DNA from: Chthonomonas sp.
GTDB lineage: Bacteria; Armatimonadota; Fimbriimonadia; Fimbriimonadales; Fimbriimonadaceae
Reading direction: 5' to 3'
DNA: 64,000 nucleotides
NCBI GenBank assembly: GCA_043754215.1
Contig: JAYUVF010000002.1
Span: 42,317-106,316, forward strand
Shown: piece after piece, positions 9,266-17,800 of the stretch
Layout of the letters: each line of letters begins with the position of its first letter
How positions within the stretch are numbered: position 1 is the first letter of the stretch
Made by a program: the position numbers and the translations under genes
The notes under the pieces: generated by a model
Databases searched by the model: none
The model's input: only the letters and a program-made list of their open reading frames with translations
Told to the model about the DNA's origin: nothing

Positions 9266-9700
9266 CTAGGGCTCGTCGGTAGGCTTCCGCTTCCGCGGCG
9301 GCTTTTGGAAGGGCACGATGGGCTGCAGCCCGCGTTCGCTGAGCTTCTCTTGCACTCGCTGCCACACGCGTTGAAGCTGCCCTTCACGCAGATGAGGGTC
9401 AAACAGGTGGAGGCTGGGGATGCGCATCACTTCAATCCCCTGCGACGCGAGCCAGGCGTCGCGTCGGGCGTCGATTTCGGGATCGTGCTGTTCTCCGTCA
9501 ACTTCTACCGCGAGGTCAATTGCCGAGGCGAAGAAGTCAAGGGTGAGGCGTCCCTTGGGGACTTGACGGCGGAATCTTGTCCCGGTTTGATCGCCGCGCA
9601 CGGCGCGCCAAAAGACCCGCTCGGATTCGCTCATGCCGTTACGCAGTTCGCGTGCGCGGAGCATTTGCTGCTGATTCCACTCGCCTTTGCCTTGTGGCAT
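9266..9700 (-). CDS. DUF559 domain protein (Vsr-like endonuclease fold)
   Basis: ARELRNGMSESERVFWRAVR...FRRQVPKGRLTLDFF...AVEVDGEQH signature. The start is set at ATG 9700, 5 nt after a GGAG supplied by repeat copy B. The longer ORF to 9742 reads into the repeat. Confidence 0.75.
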   Translation of the reverse strand: MPQGKGEWNQQQMLRARELRNGMSESERVFWRAVRGDQTGTRFRRQVPKGRLTLDFFASAIDLAVEVDGEQHDPEIDARRDAWLASQGIEVMRIPSLHLFDPHLREGQLQRVWQRVQEKLSERGLQPIVPFQKPPRKRKPTDEP

Positions 9701-9702
9701 GC

Positions 9703-9771
9703 TTTCTCCCCCCAACCCCCCTCGTGTGCTTCGCTTCGGCATTCGCCTTCGCTACGCAAACGAGGGGGGCT
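9703..9771 (+). repeat. GC-hairpin intergenic element (type 1), copy B
   Basis: TTTCTCCCCCCAACCCCCCTCGTGTGCTTCGCTTCGGCATTCGCCTTCGCTACGCAAACGAGGGGGGCT. Confidence 0.85.
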
Positions 9772-9782
9772 TTTTTCGGTCG

Positions 9783-10385
9783 CTACTGCGGGGCGCTCCC
9801 CGACAGATACTGATCATATCCCCAAGTTTCGCTTTCAGTCATGACCGCTTTGTACTCGGAGACGCATTCTTTTTGGGCGGCCGTGAGCTGGGACCACTTT
9901 GCCCTTTCGCGTTGCTTTGTTAACCGCTCATAGCGCTCAGAGTAACGTTCGAAGAAGGGAAACTGGCCCTTAACCACCCAGTTTGGATACCCCATCATCT
10001 TGAAATCATCGTCACTCACAGCCTGTCGATTGAATTCAAACCGCAAGAGATCTTGGCAGGTTTGTAGCCCGCGAACCATGGCGGGAGCTAGATAGTAATG
10101 GAAGCCGATCGGATCAAGGATGTTGAATCCACCGTGAAGGACCTCCGGCCAAAAGTCTTCGGATTCGACGAGTTCTTCCCACGATGACTCCGTGTCTCGG
10201 CTCCGTGCCTCGGCACGTTGGTGCTCGGAAGTCTTGTAATCGTCAAGCGCGGAGGCTTCGGACCAAGAAATGCCACCGACCCGCGTCACGCCCTCGAAAT
10301 CTTGATAGATTCGGGCGATCAAAGACTCTCGCCGCACGCGGTGCGCCGCCAACTGCGCTTGAAATTGGGCGTCTGTGATACGCAC
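9783..10385 (-). CDS. Hypothetical protein (200 aa), no recognised domain
   Basis: Long ORF with composition matching its neighbours and a GTG start, flanked by repeat copies B and C. Confidence 0.55.
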   Translation of the reverse strand: MRITDAQFQAQLAAHRVRRESLIARIYQDFEGVTRVGGISWSEASALDDYKTSEHQRAEARSRDTESSWEELVESEDFWPEVLHGGFNILDPIGFHYYLAPAMVRGLQTCQDLLRFEFNRQAVSDDDFKMMGYPNWVVKGQFPFFERYSERYERLTKQRERAKWSQLTAAQKECVSEYKAVMTESETWGYDQYLSGSAPQ

Positions 10386-10403
10386 GCTGAGAGTTTACAA
10401 CGC

Positions 10404-10473
10404 TTTTCTCCCCCCAACCCCCCTCGTGTGCTTCGCTTAGGCATTCGCCTTCGCTACGCAAACGAGGGGGGCT
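10404..10473 (+). repeat. GC-hairpin intergenic element (type 1), copy C
   Basis: Differs from copy B by one substitution (TTCGG vs TTAGG) and one T-run length difference. Confidence 0.85.
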
Positions 10474-10480
10474 TTACGGA

Positions 10481-13400
10481 CTAACTACAGCCGCTGGTGC
10501 TGCCGCAGGTGTTGCACTTGAGGCAGACGCCGTTTCGGACTAGGGTGAAGGCTCCGCATTCGGTGCAGGGGTCGCCCTCGTAGCCTTTGATCTTGGCTTC
10601 GCGTTGGTGCTCTGACAGGGTTCTGGTTGCGGATTGGGCTTTAGGATTCTTTTCGGATTGAAGATTTGAGATTTCAGATTTCAGATTTTGCGTGGCTGGA
10701 GTTTCTGACCCTATTCCGAGCGGGCCGATGGCGGCAACACCCTCACCCCGGCCCTCTCCCTTGGAGGGAGAGGGAGAGTCGGAGGGGGACTCGAAGAGGC
10801 TGCGGTTGAAGCCGTTGGCCGTGCTTTCTGTCCTAGCGACGCCGGGCATTTTGCCTTCGATTTCGTCGCCTTCCTCTTCATCCTCGAAGTCGGGGATTTG
10901 GTTGGGGTTGCCGGTGGTGTCGGACCTTAGATCCTCCGGTTTGACTTGGACGAGGTCGTTTCGGCCCAGGTAGGAGAACGCGAGCTCGCGGAAGATGAAG
11001 TCGATGACCGACGTGGACATCTTGATGTTCTCGTGGCCGGTGACGGGGCCGTTGGGCTCGAAGCGGGTGAAGACGAAGGCTTCGACGAACTCTTCGAGCG
11101 GCACGCCGTATTGGAGGCCGAGGGAGATCGCGATGGCGAAGCAGTTCATGAGCGAGCGGTAGGCCGCGCCCTCACGGTGCATGTCAATGAAGACTTCGCC
11201 GAGCGTGCCGTCGTCGTATTCGCCGGTGCGGACGTACACCTTGTGGCCGCCGATGCGGGCCTTTTGGGTGTATCCCTTTCGCCGCGCGGGCATGGTGCGT
11301 CGCTTGGCGATGTAGCGGTAGACGAGCTTGGTGGCGACGCGCTCGATCTGCTCGTGTTGCGAGAGCGATGCGGCGACTTCACCCTCACCCCAGCCCTCTC
11401 CCGTCGAGGGAGAGGGAGTGTCGAGGGTGGCTTCCAGAATGGCGGCGGCGGCGTCGTCGGTGCTGGCGTTGAGGGGTTGGCTGAGCTTGGAGCCGTCTCG
11501 GTAGAGGGCGTTGGCTTTGATGCCGAGCTTCCAGCTTTCCATGTACGCCTTTTCGACGTCCTCGACGGTGGCGTTGCTGGGCAAGTTGATGGTCTTGCTG
11601 ATCGCACCGGAGAGGAACGGTTGGGCGGCGCCCATCATGTGGATGTGGCCCATGTAGTGGATGAACCGTTGGCCCTTCTTGCCGCACTTGTTGGCGCAAT
11701 CGAAGATGGGATAGTGCTCCAGTTTGAGGTGGGGCGCGCCTTCGATGGTCATGGTGCCGCAGACGAAGTCGTTGGCTTCGGCAATCTCTTCTTTGGAGAA
11801 GCCGAGCTCGATGAGCATGTTGAATGACCAGTCGTTGAGCTGGGCGTCGGTGAGGCCGAGGTAGTCGCGGCAGAAGTCTTCGCCGAGCGTCCACTTGTTG
11901 AACACGAACTGAATCTCAAATGCGCCTTGGAGGCCCTTTTCGATCTTCTCGAGCGCTTCGGGGGTGAAGCCTTTGGCGGCGAGGGTTTCGTGGTTGATGC
12001 TTGGGCAGTTCCGGAGGGTGCCGGTGCCGACGCAGTAGTTGATGATGTCCTCGACCTGCTCGGGGTTGTAGCCGAGCTTCTTGAGGGCGGGCGGGACCGA
12101 CTGATTGACGATCTTGAAGTAGCCGCCGCCAGCAAGTTTCTTGAACTTGACGAGGGCGAAATCGGGCTCGACACCGGTAGTGTCGCAGTCCATGATGAGG
12201 CCGATGGTGCCGGTGGGGGCGAGCACGGTGACCTGGGCATTGCGGAAACCGTGGGCTTCGCCGAGTTCGACGGCCTGGTCCCAAGCTTCGCGGGCGGCCT
12301 TAAGGAGGTCGGTGGGGCACTCGTCGGGGTCGATGCCCATCGGCTTGACGGCGAGCTGCTCGTAGTCGCTGACGGGGACGTTGTAGGCGGCGCGGCGGTG
12401 GTTGCGCATCACGCGGAGCATGTGTGCGCGGTTCTTGGCGAAGCCGGGGAAGGGGCCATGCTCGCGGGCCATGGCGGCGCTGGTGGCATAGCTGCCTCCG
12501 CCTAAGATCGCGGTGAGGGCACCGGCGATCGCGAAGCCTTGTGGGCTGTCGTAGGGGATCGCCATCTGCATGAGCAGCGCGCCGAGGTTGGCGTAGCCCA
12601 GGCCGAGGGTGCGGAAGTCGTAGCTAAGCTGGGCAATTTCCTTGCTGGGGAATTGCGCCATGAGGACGCTAATCTCAAGAACCATCGTCCACAGCTTAAT
12701 CGCGTGCTTGTAACCTTCGATGTCGAACTGACCAGTCTCTTGGTTGTAGAGCGTGATCAGGTTGATGCTGGCGAGGTTGCAGGCGGTGTCATCGAGGAAC
12801 ATGTACTCGCTGCAGGGGTTGCTTGCGTTGATGCGGCCGCTTTCCGGGCAGGTGTGCCAGTCGTTGATGGTGGTGTCGTATTGGGTGCCGGGGTCGGCGG
12901 ATTGCCAGGCGGCCTCGCAGATCTGCTCCCAAAGCTCTCGGGCGGGGAGGGTTTTGACGGCTTTGCCGTCGGTTCGGCTGGTGAGTTTCCACTCGGCGTC
13001 TTGCTCGACGGCTTCGAGGAAAGCGTTGCTAAGACGGACGGAGTTGTTGCTGTTTTGACCGGCGACGGTGACGTAGGCTTCGGATTCATAGCCGGTGTCG
13101 AAGGTGGGGAACTCGATGCCGGTGATGCCATTGCCGGCGAGCTGGATGGCGCGCTGGATGTAGTTCGGGCTGATCTCGTCGAGCTTGGCTTCGGCGATGC
13201 TTCGGCGGAGTTCGGGGTTGGTGCGGGGGTCCACGTTGGCGCGGTTTTCCTTCACCTGTTCTTCGGAGCGGGTGCCGGTCCAGCAAGCCTTGACGATGGC
13301 GTTGAGGTGGCGGTTATTGAGGATAGAGCCGGTGACCAGTGAGGCCACTTTCTGCTCCTCTTTAACCTTCCAGTTGACGAATTGCTCGATATCTGGATGA

Positions 13401-14206
13401 TCCACGTCCAGGCAGACCATCTTGGCGGCGCGGCGGGTGGTGCCGCCGCTCTTGATGGCGCCTGCGCTGCGGTCGCCGACGCGGAGGAAGCTCATGAGGC
13501 CGCTGGATCGCCCGCCGCCGCTCAGGCGCTCGTTGGAACCGCGGAGCTTGGAGAAGTTGGTGCCGACGCCGCTGCCGTACTTGAAGATGCGGGCTTCGCG
13601 GGTCCAGAGGTCCATGATGCCGCCTTCGTTGACGAGGTCATCTTTGACGCTGAGGATGAAGCAGGCGTGGGGCTGGGGTCGCTCGTAGGCGTTGGTGCTC
13701 TTGGTGAGTTTCTTGGATTTGGGGTCTACGTAGTGGTGGCCTTGGGCGGTGCCGGTGATGCCGTATGCATAGTGCAAGCCAGTGTTGAACCACTGCGGGC
13801 TGTTGGGGGCGGCGACTTGCATGGCGAGCATGCGCACCATCTCGTCGTAAAACGCTTGGCGATCTTCGGGGGCATCGAAGTAGCCGAATTGCTCTCCCCA
13901 ATGCGCCCAGCAACCGGCGAGGCGGTGGAAGACTTGGCGGCTGTCGGTTTCGTGATCAGCCTTCGGGTCGCCGTAGGGGCTGAGGTGGGTTTCGCCGTTA
14001 GTCAGGTCTTGGATGCCGGCCTTGCGGAAGTACTTTTGGGCGAGGATGTCGGTAGCGACTTGGCTCCAATGAGCGGGCACCATGACATCTTCCATGAGGA
14101 AAACGGTGCTGCCGTCGGGGTTGCGGATCTCGCTCTTGCGCGACTCAAATGGGATGCCTGCATAGGCGTCTTCGCCTGCCTTGGTGAAGTATCGGTTGAT
14201 TTTCAT
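10481..14206 (-). CDS. nrdJ: Adenosylcobalamin-dependent (class II) ribonucleotide reductase
   Basis: 1241-aa ORF with N-terminal [15 protein letters not shown]...[20 protein letters not shown], the NPCSEY active-site region, and a C-terminal Cys tail [28 protein letters not shown]. Confidence 0.9.
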   Translation of the reverse strand: MKINRYFTKAGEDAYAGIPFESRKSEIRNPDGSTVFLMEDVMVPAHWSQVATDILAQKYFRKAGIQDLTNGETHLSPYGDPKADHETDSRQVFHRLAGCWAHWGEQFGYFDAPEDRQAFYDEMVRMLAMQVAAPNSPQWFNTGLHYAYGITGTAQGHHYVDPKSKKLTKSTNAYERPQPHACFILSVKDDLVNEGGIMDLWTREARIFKYGSGVGTNFSKLRGSNERLSGGGRSSGLMSFLRVGDRSAGAIKSGGTTRRAAKMVCLDVDHPDIEQFVNWKVKEEQKVASLVTGSILNNRHLNAIVKACWTGTRSEEQVKENRANVDPRTNPELRRSIAEAKLDEISPNYIQRAIQLAGNGITGIEFPTFDTGYESEAYVTVAGQNSNNSVRLSNAFLEAVEQDAEWKLTSRTDGKAVKTLPARELWEQICEAAWQSADPGTQYDTTINDWHTCPESGRINASNPCSEYMFLDDTACNLASINLITLYNQETGQFDIEGYKHAIKLWTMVLEISVLMAQFPSKEIAQLSYDFRTLGLGYANLGALLMQMAIPYDSPQGFAIAGALTAILGGGSYATSAAMAREHGPFPGFAKNRAHMLRVMRNHRRAAYNVPVSDYEQLAVKPMGIDPDECPTDLLKAAREAWDQAVELGEAHGFRNAQVTVLAPTGTIGLIMDCDTTGVEPDFALVKFKKLAGGGYFKIVNQSVPPALKKLGYNPEQVEDIINYCVGTGTLRNCPSINHETLAAKGFTPEALEKIEKGLQGAFEIQFVFNKWTLGEDFCRDYLGLTDAQLNDWSFNMLIELGFSKEEIAEANDFVCGTMTIEGAPHLKLEHYPIFDCANKCGKKGQRFIHYMGHIHMMGAAQPFLSGAISKTINLPSNATVEDVEKAYMESWKLGIKANALYRDGSKLSQPLNASTDDAAAAILEATLDTPSPSTGEGWGEGEVAASLSQHEQIERVATKLVYRYIAKRRTMPARRKGYTQKARIGGHKVYVRTGEYDDGTLGEVFIDMHREGAAYRSLMNCFAIAISLGLQYGVPLEEFVEAFVFTRFEPNGPVTGHENIKMSTSVIDFIFRELAFSYLGRNDLVQVKPEDLRSDTTGNPNQIPDFEDEEEGDEIEGKMPGVARTESTANGFNRSLFESPSDSPSPSKGEGRGEGVAAIGPLGIGSETPATQNLKSEISNLQSEKNPKAQSATRTLSEHQREAKIKGYEGDPCTECGAFTLVRNGVCLKCNTCGSTSGCS
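10662..10689. repeat. 7-bp microsatellite (AGATTTN x4) inside the nrdJ 3' region
   Basis: agatttg agatttc agatttc agatttt, a low-GC patch encoding [12 protein letters not shown] on the minus strand. Confidence 0.8.
10738..10786 (-). repeat. Palindromic element (type 2), copy 1, in-frame inside nrdJ
   Basis: CACCCTCACCCCGGCCCTCTCCCTTGGAGGGAGAGGGAGAGTCGGAGGGG, with stem CCCTCTCCC/GGGAGAGGG. It encodes [13 protein letters not shown]. Confidence 0.8.
11380..11429 (-). repeat. Palindromic element (type 2), copy 2, in-frame inside nrdJ
   Basis: CACCCTCACCCCAGCCCTCTCCCGTCGAGGGAGAGGGAGTGTCGAGGGTG encodes [13 protein letters not shown], in the same frame and orientation as copy 1. Confidence 0.8.
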
Positions 14207-14242
14207 GTGCCTTCCGTGCGTTCGATTATAGTATACAAAAGT

Positions 14243-14707
14243 CTAGTGCTTTTTGCGATTCTTTTTGATGGCATCGACGAGATTGCTGAATTCGGCCGGG
14301 GTTTCGAACTGCTCGTAGACGCTGGCGAAGCGCACATAGGCCACTTCGTCCACGTCGAGCAATCGCTCCATCACCATTCGCCCGATGGCGTCGGAGGCAA
14401 TTTCTAGCTCTCCTTCGTCCAGCAGTTTCCTCTCGATGTCATCAGCGAGTTCGAGGAGGCGGCGATGGTCAACTGGCCTTTTTCGGCAAGCCACGATGAC
14501 CCCTCGGAGGAGTTTTTCACGGGAGAATTCCTCTCGCGATCCGTCGCGCTTGACGAGAAAGACACGCGGCTTTTCCGGTTCTTCGAACGTCGTGAATCTA
14601 CGATCACAGCTGGTGCATTCGCGTCTTCGTCGGATCGCACGCCCATCGCGAGCTACTCTTGAGTCGAGCACTTTCTGCTCCTCAAAGCCGCAATACGGGC
14701 AAATCAA
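14243..14707 (-). CDS. nrdR: Transcriptional repressor NrdR
   Basis: ICPYCGFEEQKVLDSRVARDGRAIRRRRECTSCDRRFTTFE zinc ribbon plus an ATP-cone. TTG start with GAGGAG 5 nt upstream, 36 nt upstream of nrdJ. Confidence 0.9.
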   Translation of the reverse strand: MICPYCGFEEQKVLDSRVARDGRAIRRRRECTSCDRRFTTFEEPEKPRVFLVKRDGSREEFSREKLLRGVIVACRKRPVDHRRLLELADDIERKLLDEGELEIASDAIGRMVMERLLDVDEVAYVRFASVYEQFETPAEFSNLVDAIKKNRKKH

Positions 14708-14721
14708 TTCAACTCCTCGCG

Positions 14722-14737
14722 ATACAACATCTTGTAT
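14722..14737 (-). promoter_or_regulatory. Candidate NrdR box 1
   Basis: ATACAACATCTTGTAT lies within the inverted repeat CGATACAA..TTGTATCG and matches 12 of 16 positions of the NrdR-box consensus as I recall it (acaCwAtATaTwGtgt). It is 15 nt upstream of the nrdR start. Confidence 0.45.
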
Positions 14738-14753
14738 CGTGAGAGTATAGACG

Positions 14754-14769
14754 ACACTAAATAGGGGAT
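14754..14769 (-). promoter_or_regulatory. Candidate NrdR box 2 (weaker)
   Basis: ACACTAAATAGGGGAT has a good left half-site. Its centre is 32 bp from box 1, the usual tandem-box spacing. Confidence 0.3.
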
Positions 14770-14860
14770 TGCCGCACTTTTTTGTCCCACTTTTTTGCCC
14801 CGGTTTTCCCGGGGGATAGGCACAGATTTTCCAGGGGTTATCCCCGTTTTTGGGGGTCGG

Positions 14861-17800
14861 CTAGTCGCCGACAGCGCCGAAGTTGCCGATGACAATGTCA
14901 ATGTCGGCGGCGTCCACTTCGTGCGAATTATCTGGGTCAATGTTGGGTGAGTAGGTGCCGTCACCGGACACCGCGCCGAATCCGCTGATCACGAGATCAA
15001 TGTCGGCGGCGTCCACCTCACCTGAGCCGTCCGCATCACCGTTCACAAGCGTGAAGTTGATGTTGGTGAGGCCGGCTTGAGTAATGGCGATCGGTTGGGC
15101 CTGACTCAAGAATCCTGCCGATCCGGCCACGATCTGGTATGAGCCGGTTAGGTCGGTCTGGAAGCTGTAGCTCCAGGTTCCGTTCGAGGCAGGGAAGACG
15201 TTGGCGGATTGCACAACGGTGCTGCCCTGGCGCAAGGAGAGTTGAACCTGCCGCATGCCGTTGGCGTAGCTAAACTGGCTGAGAATGACGCGACCTGAGA
15301 TAGTTGCGACGTTGCCGCTGCCTTGTCGCACGACCTCGACGTAATTCGGGCCATAGATCACCGCCCATACCGATGGAGGTGGGACAGTGGCGAACGTGCC
15401 GGAAAGGGTGCCTGAAGTCTCAAGGATGCGGTATCGAGTCTGGGGTGGGATGAACAGCGCACCGGGGGCGTCGATCACCAAGTTTCCGCCGAGCGTCACA
15501 TTGCCCTGGACCTGCAACTTGTCAGCCGCTGCCGGGAGGGTGCCTTCAATTTCAGTTCTGAGCAACCCAGTGCTGGACTGGTTGTAGTTCCCGTTTAGGG
15601 TGAGGGTGCCGATGCCGACTCCTGCGTTCAACTCGCCGTTATTTTGAACTGTGGAATCAACTACGCCCGAGCCGCGCAAAGCACCTCCCGAGATATTTAC
15701 TTGGGGGGCCGAGAGCTCACCATCGACCGTGACCGATCCAGCTCCGATCGAAACTGGGGACATGATCGTTACCGAACCTTCCAGGACTTGGAGGGTGCCG
15801 AGGTTGGAGAAGGCGGCGGGAAGGGAGATGTTGGCACCTTGATCCACGATGAGATCGCCAAGGTTGGTTTGCAGCGCTCGAAGGAGAGGCTGTCCGGAAC
15901 TGTCCACCAAGTTGGATCCGGGGCCAATGAACTTCAGGGTCGAATTATTGACGAGCAGGCCATTAGAGATGTCGTTGAACTTCAGGACACCACCGCCGGT
16001 GGATTCGTAGGTGCCGCCGTTGATGCGGCGGGTGTTTCGATCCAGGTTGCCGAGGTTGGCAATGGCGAGCGTCCCAGAGGTTGATCGAATGGTGCCGCTA
16101 TTGGTGAGCAGCGCCGGCGAAAAACTGGCCGTATTCGTCCCGAGAAGTTTCGTGACGAGACCCGTGTTTGTGAAGTTACCGAGGATCCAGGGCAGATCGC
16201 CTAGGAATTCGAATTCCCCAGTATTAGTCCAGTTGCCACCGGTGGAGATGACGGAGCCTTGACTAAATTGCGTTCTCCCTTGAGCCGTGACAGGTCGTAG
16301 AATTTGCTTGCTCGCTGGGGTGTTAATGATCGCCGAGCTCCCCGGAGGAAGAATCAATCGGCCGGTGCCGGAGAAGGTACCGCCCTTGAGCTCGGCCAGC
16401 CCGGTCACTCGGATGTTATCTTCGCCGGTGAGGGTCCCGTTCACTACCTCCAGAGAGTTAACTAGCTTCTCCGCCCCAGTAGAGACGTTCAAGCGTCCCG
16501 TTACTGGCCCCTGCATCTGGAGTGGAGCTGTATAGCTTGAACCGGCAAGGAAGTTGACATCGGCCCCATCCACGACGAGGTTGCTCGCGAAGCTAGATCC
16601 GGATGTGAACTCGGAGACTCCGCTTTCAAAGCGGACGGTGCCCGCACCGCTGGTTTGAGATCCGGATCGGAAAATGGCTGGCGAGTTGAATGTCAGCGTT
16701 GCGCCGGATTGGACCGTGAAATCGCCGAAATGGCTGCCCCATCCGCCTAGTTGGAGGGTGCCGCCTTCAACGGTTACGGTGCCGCTGTTGCTGAATTGTG
16801 CGCCGCCTTGGGATTCTCCAAAGACGGGGTAGGCCATTCTCGTGACCGAGCCACCGGTCTTGCGGAGTGAGCCGAGGTTGTTGAAGATGCCGCCCGACCA
16901 CTGTGCAGAGCTACTCACGACAAAACTGCCCGATGCCTGGACGATTTTGCCGGCGGCGAGATTGATGGAGCCCCCGGTCCAACTGGAGTCAGAGCCCATG
17001 GTGAATCCAAGTTCAAAGCTCTTGATTGCGTCGGAGACGAGATTGAGGCCGCCGTTGAAGTTCATGGTCCCAGTTCCGACGACCTGCCCGGAGGAGAAAG
17101 TCGAGAGTTGGGTGGTATTTAGTGGGTGATTCGTGGTCAGGCTGGAGTTGGAGACATTGACCGAAGCTAACGTTAGTGGCGAGCCCGTGTTGAAAGATGC
17201 TGAGCTATTGAAGAGGCCGAGGCGAGAGCTCGCTGAAACAACGGCACCGGAATTGAAGTTGAGAGTGGAGGCATTTGCCACCAGTTCCGTGCTAAGGGTG
17301 CTGCCCGATTGGAAGTTCGTTGTGCCGTTGCTAACCTGGCTTTGCCCGGCGCCTTCAACTCGGCTTCCGCCGTTGAGATTGTGGCTGCCGTTGAGTCGCA
17401 ACGTGGTACTCGGGCTCGTCGTGAATCTGCCAGTGTGGCTGCCACCGGAAGCGATCTCCATCGTTCCGCTAGCCACGCTGACGGTGCCGTTATTCGAAAA
17501 GGTGGTCAGGTTGGTGAATAGCGAAGTGTCATTACCCGCCGACTTGGAAATTGAGCCAGTATTTGTCCAGGCTCCTCCTTGCCAGATTAAATCGCCAGCA
17601 ACCTGGAAATTGCCAGTGTTGGTGTACGCTCCACCTGTACCAAAAACCTGTCCTCCGGTCCAGTTGGAAGTGCCGCCGAATGTGATATCTCTCTGGAAAT
17701 CCTTCGTGCTCGTTCCGCTAATGTTCATGCCTCCAGAGGCAGTGAACCGTCCGCCGGGCTGGAATTGACCAGAACCAAAGGTGGTGAGACCTTGCACTTG

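Noticed and set aside
10946-14407. Several long plus-strand ORFs (10946-11827, 11927-12505, 12539-13342, 13382-14407)
   Set aside because: All are antisense or alternative-frame shadows of nrdJ. They have a G/A/V/D/E-rich low-information composition, and the nrdJ frame carries unmistakable RNR motifs.
14770-14860. Cluster of short GC hairpins with T-tracts reading on the plus strand (for example GGGG-ttat-CCCC-GTTTTT)
   Set aside because: Both flanking genes are on the minus strand, where these hairpins lack a U-tract. I could not assign a terminator role with confidence, so they may just be the adhesin gene 3' UTR.
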